In this document: one piece after another, positions 56,883-64,000 of the stretch
Numbering within the stretch: the first letter of the stretch is position 1
How the letters are laid out: every line of letters begins with the position of its first letter
DNA from: Gemmatimonadota bacterium
Lineage (GTDB): Bacteria > Gemmatimonadota > Gemmatimonadetes > Palauibacterales > Palauibacteraceae
Assembly (NCBI GenBank): GCA_046758745.1
Contig: JBHIAV010000004.1
Location: forward strand, 32,001-96,000
DNA length: 64,000 bases
Direction of reading: 5' to 3'
Program-made: the position numbers and the translations under genes
Notes under the pieces: generated by a model
Told to the model about the DNA's origin: nothing
What the model saw: only the letters and a program-made list of their open reading frames with translations
The model's database searches: none

Positions 56883-58103
56883 ATGTCTGGAACGGATGCC
56901 ACCATACGGGAAGCCGAGCGATGGAGCGCGCACAACTACGCGCCTCTGCCCGTCGTCATCGAGCGCGGCCAGGGGTGCTGGGTATGGGATGTCGAGGGGA
57001 AGAAGTACCTCGACATGCTGAGCGCCTACTCCGCGCTCAATCAGGGGCATCGCCACCCGGCGATCATGGCCGCCCTCACCGCGCAGGCGGCCAAGCTCAC
57101 CCTCACCTCGCGCGCCTTCCACAACGACCAGATGGGCCCGTTTCTCAGAGAGCTGTGCGAGGCGAGCGGGTTCCCCCGTGCTCTCCCGATGAACACCGGA
57201 GCGGAGGCCGTGGAGACCGCCATCAAGGCGGCCCGGAAGTGGGGCTACCGCGTCAAGGGAGTGCCCGAGGGAAGAGCGGAGATCATCGCCTGCGAGAACA
57301 ACTTCCACGGGCGCACGACGACGATCGTCGGCTTCTCGACGGAGGCCCAGTACCAAGCCGGCTTCGGTCCGTTCACGCCCGGCTTTCGCCTGATCCCCTA
57401 TGGCGACGTCGACGCCCTGGCCCGGGCGATCACCGAGAACACGGTCGGCTTCCTAGTCGAGCCCCTCCAGGGAGAGGGAGGCGTCGTCGTGCCGCCGGAC
57501 GGATACTTCAGGCGGTGCGCCGAACTCTGCCGCGAGAACCGGGTTCTCCTCCTGAGCGACGAGATCCAGACCGGCCTCGGCCGCACCGGGCGGCTCTTCT
57601 GCGGCGACTGGGACGGAGAGCGCGGCGACATCCTGATCGTCGGGAAGGCGCTCGGCGGGGGCGTTTATCCGGTCTCGGCGATACTCGCCCGGGACGAGGT
57701 GATGGACGTGTTCCAGCCCGGCGACCACGGGTCCACCTTCGGGGGGAACCCGCTCGGCGCGGCGGTCGGGCGGGCGGCCCTGCGGGTCATCCTGGAGGAG
57801 GAGCTCCCTCGCCGAGCGGACGAGCTCGGAAGCTGGTTCATGGAGCGCCTGCGCGCCATCGACTCGCCACATGTCCGCGAGGTGCGCGGGCGCGGGCTCA
57901 TGATCGGAGTCGTGATCCGGGAGAGATCGGGCACGGCGCGGCCGTTCTGCGAGGCGCTCATGGAGAGGGGGATCCTCGCCAAGGAGACGCACCACCAGGT
58001 GATTCGCTTCGCCCCGCCGCTCGTCATCACACGCGAGGAGCTGGAGGGCGTCCTGCCTGCCATCCAGGAGGTCACCATGGGCACGGGAGTGGCCGTAGCG
58101 TAG
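56883..58103 (+). CDS. rocD: Ornithine--oxo-acid aminotransferase
   Basis: AHNYAPLP, LSAYSALNQGHRHP, MNTGAEAVETA, DEIQTGLGRTG, HGSTFGGNPL. Confidence 0.95.
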   Translation: MSGTDATIREAERWSAHNYAPLPVVIERGQGCWVWDVEGKKYLDMLSAYSALNQGHRHPAIMAALTAQAAKLTLTSRAFHNDQMGPFLRELCEASGFPRALPMNTGAEAVETAIKAARKWGYRVKGVPEGRAEIIACENNFHGRTTTIVGFSTEAQYQAGFGPFTPGFRLIPYGDVDALARAITENTVGFLVEPLQGEGGVVVPPDGYFRRCAELCRENRVLLLSDEIQTGLGRTGRLFCGDWDGERGDILIVGKALGGGVYPVSAILARDEVMDVFQPGDHGSTFGGNPLGAAVGRAALRVILEEELPRRADELGSWFMERLRAIDSPHVREVRGRGLMIGVVIRERSGTARPFCEALMERGILAKETHHQVIRFAPPLVITREELEGVLPAIQEVTMGTGVAVA

Positions 58104-58107
58104 TCGC

Positions 58108-58782
58108 CTACGGCTCGACCAGGACCGCCCTCCGGATCACCACCGGCTCGACCGGCACGTCTTGCATCGGGCCCTGATTCCCTGCCCGGACCCCCGTCTC
58201 CACCGCCGCGATCGAGTCCACCACCTCGAGCCCCTCGATCACGCGTCCGAACACCGCATACCCCCAGCGCCCGTGTCCCTGCGCTTCGTGATCGAGGAAC
58301 TCGTTGTCGACCTCATTGATGAAGAACTGCGACGAGGCGGAGTGGGGGTCGTTCGTGCGCGCCATGGCGATCGTGCCCCGGAAGTTGCCGAGACGGCTGT
58401 CGGACTCGTTGCGGATCGGCGCCTTCGTTGGCTCGCGAAGCTCCAGCTCCGCGTCGAAGCCCCCACCCTGGATCATGAAGTCGCGGATCACCCGGTGGAA
58501 GACGAGCCCGTCATAGAAGCCCTCGCGTACGTACGCCAGGAAGTTCGCCACGGTCACGGGTGCCTCCGTCTCGTACAGGGCGAGGAGGATGTCGCCCTTC
58601 GTCGTTTCGAGCCGGACGCGCGGCGACTCCGCGCTCACCTTTCCGACCTGCGCCGCCGGGGCGGCCACGGGCGCCGGCTCGTCCGTCTCACCGGATTCCC
58701 CCGACCGACTCGAGCCGCCTTCCCCGCACGCGGCGCCTGCCGCGACGAGCGCGCCGGCCGCCACAACGGCCATCCCTCGCAT
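58108..58782 (-). CDS. Cyclophilin-type peptidyl-prolyl isomerase, lipoprotein
   Basis: Lipobox GAAC, FHRVIRDFMIQGGG, AMART..SASSQFFIN, YAVFGRV. Confidence 0.94.
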   Translation of the reverse strand: MRGMAVVAAGALVAAGAACGEGGSSRSGESGETDEPAPVAAPAAQVGKVSAESPRVRLETTKGDILLALYETEAPVTVANFLAYVREGFYDGLVFHRVIRDFMIQGGGFDAELELREPTKAPIRNESDSRLGNFRGTIAMARTNDPHSASSQFFINEVDNEFLDHEAQGHGRWGYAVFGRVIEGLEVVDSIAAVETGVRAGNQGPMQDVPVEPVVIRRAVLVEP

Positions 58783-58846
58783 CTCCTCGATCCTCTTCCG
58801 ATGGTGCCTCGACCGGGCCGCGAGTGCGACCCCGGAAACGGGCAGG

Positions 58847-59593
58847 CTAATCCGTTCCGCCTCCCGGCGCTAGCCGGCGACGACGAATCTCCTCCTGCTG
58901 GTGACGCAGCACGGCGATGACCCGGTCGACGATCTGCTGGGCGGTGTCCTTGGACCGCTCTTCGCCGAGGAAATCAGAGTAGTCGACGGGCGCCCCGTAC
59001 ATCACATAGATGCGCCGAAACAGCCGTGGAAAGAACCGGCCCACCGGAAGCACGTCGCTCATGCCGTCGATGGTCACCGGTATCACGGTGGGATGATTCG
59101 CCAGAATCAGCAGCCCCGCCCCGGGCCGGCCGTCCCGTATCGAGCCGTCTCGCGTTCGGGTTCCCTCCGGGAAAAGCGTCATGGTTCCGCCGCGGAGCGC
59201 TCGGATCATCCGGTGCAGCGCCTTGAGATCCCGACGGCCGGGCCGCACGGGGATGCACTTCCACTGGTCCGACCACCAGCCGAGGAAAGGGTTGCGGTAG
59301 AAGTTCTCCTCCGCAGCCGGATTCCAGGGGATGAGGTACGGCTTCCACCAGGAATGCGGGTAGAAGGCGCAGAAGCCGACGAGAAAGCTGTCGATCATCG
59401 ACTGGTGGTTGGAGAGGAGAAGAGTGTTCCGCTCCTTGGGCACGTTGCCCCGCCCGATCACCGTGGTCCGGTTCAGAACGAAGAAGAAGATCGAACCGAG
59501 CGTCACCGTGAGGTTGGTGATTAGGTAGCGGGTGAACGGCCAGAAGAAGTTGAACAGCTTCCCCCGGTGTTGCGCGCGGTATTCCTCCGCCAT
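58847..59593 (-). CDS. Lysophospholipid acyltransferase (PlsC family)
   Basis: NHQSMID (HX4D motif), FPEGTR. Confidence 0.9.
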   Translation of the reverse strand: MAEEYRAQHRGKLFNFFWPFTRYLITNLTVTLGSIFFFVLNRTTVIGRGNVPKERNTLLLSNHQSMIDSFLVGFCAFYPHSWWKPYLIPWNPAAEENFYRNPFLGWWSDQWKCIPVRPGRRDLKALHRMIRALRGGTMTLFPEGTRTRDGSIRDGRPGAGLLILANHPTVIPVTIDGMSDVLPVGRFFPRLFRRIYVMYGAPVDYSDFLGEERSKDTAQQIVDRVIAVLRHQQEEIRRRRLAPGGGTD

Positions 59594-59858
59594 GCCTCCA
59601 TCCTTCCGTGTCGAGCATCGGAGCTCATCCGAGCCGGCCGTCCATCCGGACGGGAGTCCGGGTCGGCCCGCCCTGAGGAGGGCTCCGGCGAGCGACGGGG
59701 CGGCATTCCGTTCCGACGGCGTGCAAATATTCGGGGCTCGCCGTGCCCAGGCCAGCCGGCCGTGCGATGCGGGCGCGGCAGGGCGGATGGTGCTAGCTTG
59801 CCGCGCAGGCTTCCCGTCGAGGGAGCCCGGCCCATAGTCGACACCGACAGGACACAGG

Positions 59859-62663
59859 ATGGCGGCGACCCCCGGAAGGAGCCAAGACTCGTTCGGCACG
59901 CGACGCGAGCTGACGCTGCCCGACGGAACCTGCACGACGATCTTCGACATCGCCGCCCTCGAGCGCCGCGGCATCGGGAGCGTGAGCCGCCTCCCCTTTT
60001 CGGTGCGAATACTTCTGGAGAACCTCCTCCGGCACGAAGACGGCGAGTGCGTGAGCGCCGATGATGTGGCGACCCTGGCCGGGTGGGACCCCGGCGCGCT
60101 GCCGGAGCGGGAGATCGCTTTCATGCCGGCGCGGGTGCTCCTCCAGGACTTCACCGGCGTGCCGGCGGCGGTGGACCTCGCCGCCATGCGCGACGCCATG
60201 GAGGAGCTGGGAGGGGACGCGGCCCGCATCAACCCGCTCCTGCCGTCGGAGCTGGTCATCGACCACTCGGTTCAGGTCGACTCCTTCGGCAGTGCGGCTT
60301 CCTTCTTCATCAACGCCGAGAGGGAGTTCGAAAGGAACCGGGAGCGATACGCCTTCCTGCGCTGGGGCCAGAAGGCGTTCGACAACTTCAAAGTCGTCCC
60401 GCCGGACACCGGGATCGTGCATCAGGTGAACCTGGAGTACCTCGCCCGCGTCGTGTTCGACGAAACGGTGAACGGGACCCGCCTGGCATACCCTGACACG
60501 CTCGTCGGAACCGACAGCCACACCACGATGATCAACGGCCTCGGGGTGCTCGGTTGGGGCGTCGGCGGTATCGAGGCGGAGGCGGCGATGCTCGGAGAGG
60601 CCATCACCTTCCTCATCCCGGAGGTGGTTGGCTTCCGGCTGTACGGGCGCCTGCCGGAGGGAGCTACGGCCACCGATCTCGTCCTTCGCGTCACGGAGAT
60701 GCTTCGGGAGAAGGGAGTGGTCGGCCGGTTCGTGGAGTTCTTCGGAGACGGCATCGAGAGCCTGTCGCTGGCCGATCGCGCAACGATCGGCAACATGTCC
60801 CCCGAGTACGGGGCCACCTGCGCGATCTTCCCGATCGATGGCGAGACCCTGGAGTACCTGCGCTTCACCGGCCGCGACGAGGCACACATCGCACTTGTGG
60901 AGGCGTACGCCAAGGAGGTCGGGCTCTTCCATACCGCGGAGAGCCCCCCGGCCGCGTATTCGGACACGCTGGAGCTGGATCTCGGTACGGTGGAACCGAG
61001 CCTCGCCGGGCCGAAGCTCCCGCAGCAGCGGATCGCGCTGACTCATGTCAAAGAGTCCTTCCTGGACGCCCTCGGCTCCATGCTGCGGGACGGCAGCCCG
61101 CCCACCCCCGCCTCGGCGCTCGAGCGCTGGGAGGAAGAAGGGGGTGATGCGAGCGGCGTGGTCGTCGCCACCGCTGCGCCGACGGGCGTCGCCGTTCGGC
61201 TGGAGGCGGAGAACCCGGATGGGAAACCGGTCGAGGTCGAGCTCCACCACGGCTCCGTTGTGATCGCGGCCATCACGAGCTGCACGAACACCTCAAACCC
61301 GAGCGTGATGGTCGGGGCCGGCCTCCTCGCCAGAAAGGCGGTCGAGCGCGGTCTGCGCACAAAGCCATGGGTAAAGACCAGTCTCGCTCCCGGCTCGAAG
61401 GTCGTCACCCAGTACCTGAAGGAGGCGAGGCTCATGCCGGCTCTCGAGGCGCTCGGCTTCCACCTCGTGGGGTACGGCTGCACCACGTGCATCGGGAACA
61501 GCGGCCCTCTCCCCGCCCCGATCTCCAAGGCCATCGAGGAGCACGGGCTCGTCGCCTGCTCCGTACTGTCCGGAAACCGCAACTTCGAGGGCCGCATCAA
61601 TCCTGACACCCGGGCGAATTTCCTCGCCTCGCCGCCGCTGGTGGTGGCCTACGCTCTGGCCGGGCGGATGGACATCGACCTGTACAACGAGCCTATCGGG
61701 ACGGGACGGGACGGTGAAGACGTGTGCCTGCGCGATATCTGGCCTTCACAGGCAGAGATCCGGGACACGATTCGCGGCGCGGTGAAGACGGAGATGTTCG
61801 CCGAGCAGTACGCCGACGTGTTCACCGGCGACGAGAAGTGGCGCGGCCTGCCGGTTCCGGAGCGCAAGCGCTTCGCCTGGGACTCCGAGTCCACCTACGT
61901 GCGCCAACCTCCCTTTTTCCAGGGCATGGCCGCCGAGCCGGAACCGCTCGAGGACATCCGGAGCGCGCGCGTTCTCGCGTTGCTCGGCGACTCGGTCACC
62001 ACCGACCACATCTCCCCCGCCGGCTCGTTCAGGAAGGACTCGCCATCCGGTCGCTACCTCATCGAGCACGGCGTTCCGGTGAGGGAGTTCAACTCGTACG
62101 GGGCGCGGCGGGGGAATCACGAGGTGATGATGAGGGGCACCTTCGCCAACGTCCGTCTCCGGAACCGACTCGTACCGGGGGTCGAGGGAGGCGTCACCCG
62201 GCACCTGCCCAGCGGGGACCGGATGTCCATCTACGATGCCGCGATGCGCTATCGGGACGAGGGGGTTCCGCTGATCGTGCTCGCCGGCAAGGAGTACGGC
62301 ACCGGCTCATCGCGCGACTGGGCCGCCAAGGGTCCCAGGCTGCTCGGCGTGCGTGCGGTCATTGCCGTCGGCTACGAGCGGATCCACCGGAGTAACCTGA
62401 TCGGGATGGGCGTGTTGCCGCTCCAGTTTCGGTCGGGAGAATCGGCCGATGCGCTCGGACTGGACGGCACCGAGAGCTACGACATCACCGGGATCGCCGA
62501 AGGTGTGGAGCCCGGCGCCATGGTTCGCGTGCGCGCCTCAGCGGTGGATGGCGAGGTGAAGGAGTTCGAGGCGGTATCGCGGCTCGACACGGGGGTCGAG
62601 GTGCGCTACTACCGGAACGGAGGGATCCTGCACACCGTCCTTCGTCAGATGCTTCGAGAATAG
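59859..62663 (+). CDS. acnA: Aconitate hydratase A
   Basis: [53 protein letters not shown]. Confidence 0.98.
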   Translation: MAATPGRSQDSFGTRRELTLPDGTCTTIFDIAALERRGIGSVSRLPFSVRILLENLLRHEDGECVSADDVATLAGWDPGALPEREIAFMPARVLLQDFTGVPAAVDLAAMRDAMEELGGDAARINPLLPSELVIDHSVQVDSFGSAASFFINAEREFERNRERYAFLRWGQKAFDNFKVVPPDTGIVHQVNLEYLARVVFDETVNGTRLAYPDTLVGTDSHTTMINGLGVLGWGVGGIEAEAAMLGEAITFLIPEVVGFRLYGRLPEGATATDLVLRVTEMLREKGVVGRFVEFFGDGIESLSLADRATIGNMSPEYGATCAIFPIDGETLEYLRFTGRDEAHIALVEAYAKEVGLFHTAESPPAAYSDTLELDLGTVEPSLAGPKLPQQRIALTHVKESFLDALGSMLRDGSPPTPASALERWEEEGGDASGVVVATAAPTGVAVRLEAENPDGKPVEVELHHGSVVIAAITSCTNTSNPSVMVGAGLLARKAVERGLRTKPWVKTSLAPGSKVVTQYLKEARLMPALEALGFHLVGYGCTTCIGNSGPLPAPISKAIEEHGLVACSVLSGNRNFEGRINPDTRANFLASPPLVVAYALAGRMDIDLYNEPIGTGRDGEDVCLRDIWPSQAEIRDTIRGAVKTEMFAEQYADVFTGDEKWRGLPVPERKRFAWDSESTYVRQPPFFQGMAAEPEPLEDIRSARVLALLGDSVTTDHISPAGSFRKDSPSGRYLIEHGVPVREFNSYGARRGNHEVMMRGTFANVRLRNRLVPGVEGGVTRHLPSGDRMSIYDAAMRYRDEGVPLIVLAGKEYGTGSSRDWAAKGPRLLGVRAVIAVGYERIHRSNLIGMGVLPLQFRSGESADALGLDGTESYDITGIAEGVEPGAMVRVRASAVDGEVKEFEAVSRLDTGVEVRYYRNGGILHTVLRQMLRE

Positions 62664-62737
62664 AGGTCCGGCCGTCGGTCGCGCGGGCGGGCCGCAGGCT
62701 CGGATCGGCGGGCGGCACGCTCGCCCCTCCCCGGCCG

Positions 62738-64000
62738 CTACATGCGTTTGTAGCTCGGCCCGCTACCTCCCTCCCGCGGCGTCCACCGCGGGCCGAGCAC
62801 ATCCGTGGCCTTGCAGTCCACGCAGTTCGGAGCGTTCACCACGAGAGTGCCGTCCCGCCACTCGTAGACGCCTGCCGGGCACATATGCTCGTAGAAGTCC
62901 GCGAGCTCCCGGGTCACCCCCTCCGGCGCGATGAGGTGAGAGGGAATATCATCGCGCGTCGTGTTTCCGGAGCGGAAGACGGCGTCCACCTTGCTGAAGA
63001 CGTACCGGCCGTTCGGAAGCGGAACCGGCGCCCGGCCGGTTCTCGGTTCCTCGGCGTCGGCCGCGGCGGCGATTCGCGCGCCTGGGAAGACTCCACGGGA
63101 TACGCTCATCAGAGCCGCCTTGACGCCACCGGTGAAGAAGCCGGACTTGAAGGCCAGACGCATGTTGCGACGCCGGTAGAGGTCCCTTCCGATCACGCTC
63201 CTCCGCACCAGCGAGTCGTAGGGCGCCAGTCCGGAGGCGGAGGTGTCCCCGGCTTTCAGGGCCCGAAAGATCGTCCGCGCGGCGAAGATACCGGAGAACA
63301 TCGCGTAATGGATCCCCTTCAGGGACGAGACGTCCACCAGTCCCGCCGCGTCCCCCGCGATCAACAAGCCATCTCCGTACAGCCGCTCCGGCAGCGAGTG
63401 GAATCCGCCCTCCGGGATCGTCTTGGCACCCCATTCCACCATCTCGCCGCCCTCGAGGTAACGGCGGAAGAGCGGGTGGCCCTTCATCCCCTGAAGCAGC
63501 AGGTGGACGTCCAGGTCGCGCTGCGGGTAGTCGAGCCCTACGACCAGACCGATGGATGCCAGGCCCTCTCCCATCGGGTAGAGAAAGCTGCCGCCGAACG
63601 CATCGCGTGGGAGCGGCCAGCCAAGGGAATGGATCACCGCGTCGGGCGGGTGCTCCACCTGCCACAGCTCCTTCACCCCGAGGGCGTACATCGGCGGGTT
63701 GGCGGAGGAGATCCCGCGGTCCTGGAGGTACGCCTGCGTCAACGAGCCGCGCGTTCCTTCTGCGAGAACCGTCACACGGGCGGATACATCAGTGGGCGGC
63801 ACGTAGCCGCCGCCCTGCCCTCCGTCGCGATCGAGTCCAGCCGGCGTTGTACGGACACCGAGGACCCTGCCTCCGTCCGTGAGGAGCGAGGCGGCCGGGA
63901 AGCCGGTGAACACATTCACCCCCTGCTCCTCCGCTCGGGCGCCGAGCCACCGGACGATCTCGCATATGGAGGCCACGTGGTTGCCGTGGTTGCGCATGGT
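62738..64000 (-). CDS. Electron-transfer flavoprotein:quinone oxidoreductase (5' end outside the window)
   Basis: NHGN, AEGTRGSL, GVKELW, GAKTIPEGG, GDAAG, KGIHYAM, CPAGVYE. Confidence 0.92.
   Translation of the reverse strand, partial: TMRNHGNHVASICEIVRWLGARAEEQGVNVFTGFPAASLLTDGGRVLGVRTTPAGLDRDGGQGGGYVPPTDVSARVTVLAEGTRGSLTQAYLQDRGISSANPPMYALGVKELWQVEHPPDAVIHSLGWPLPRDAFGGSFLYPMGEGLASIGLVVGLDYPQRDLDVHLLLQGMKGHPLFRRYLEGGEMVEWGAKTIPEGGFHSLPERLYGDGLLIAGDAAGLVDVSSLKGIHYAMFSGIFAARTIFRALKAGDTSASGLAPYDSLVRRSVIGRDLYRRRNMRLAFKSGFFTGGVKAALMSVSRGVFPGARIAAAADAEEPRTGRAPVPLPNGRYVFSKVDAVFRSGNTTRDDIPSHLIAPEGVTRELADFYEHMCPAGVYEWRDGTLVVNAPNCVDCKATDVLGPRWTPREGGSGPSYKRM

Noticed and set aside
61080..61250. Insertion in AcnA before the [12 protein letters not shown] motif
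   Set aside because: This loop varies in length among AcnA proteins; no intein-like termini or frame disruption.

Overview
A GC-rich bacterial chromosomal segment that is almost entirely housekeeping; gene order and several small lineage-type proteins suggest Gemmatimonadota/FCB group (inference). It holds a ~23 kb minus-strand run: nuoA-B-CD-E-F-G-H-I-J-K-L-M-N, phosphomannomutase, UPF0182, carbamate kinase, sucC, sucD, ndk, yceD, rpmF, fabD. Further along are dcd, an HD-GYP protein, mdh, moaDEA, an aminotransferase, HU/IHF, sppA, carA and rnhA; a second long minus-strand run (yicC, gmk, rpoZ, coaBC, udg, dnaB, radA, ispD, tsaC, LMW phosphatase, aroE, comF, gap, pgk, tpiA, secG); then a plug/beta-barrel outer-membrane protein, pepA, citrate synthase, DUF1028, rocD, cyclophilin, plsC, acnA and a partial ETF-QO. 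I saw no tRNA, rRNA, CRISPR array, transposase, integrase or defence system, and nothing here is clearly a new multi-gene system. The best leads are: a 3-copy degenerate repeat of the nuoD 3' end (93-94 bp period) between nuoCD and nuoE; a Rex/CRP-type operator at the nuo promoter; an RNase HI with a rewired acidic active site; a cluster of D-S/T-A/L sequons in the outer-membrane protein; an ETF-QO lacking one Fe-S cysteine; and an unannotated 35-aa membrane peptide. All calls come from motif recognition by eye; no searches were run.
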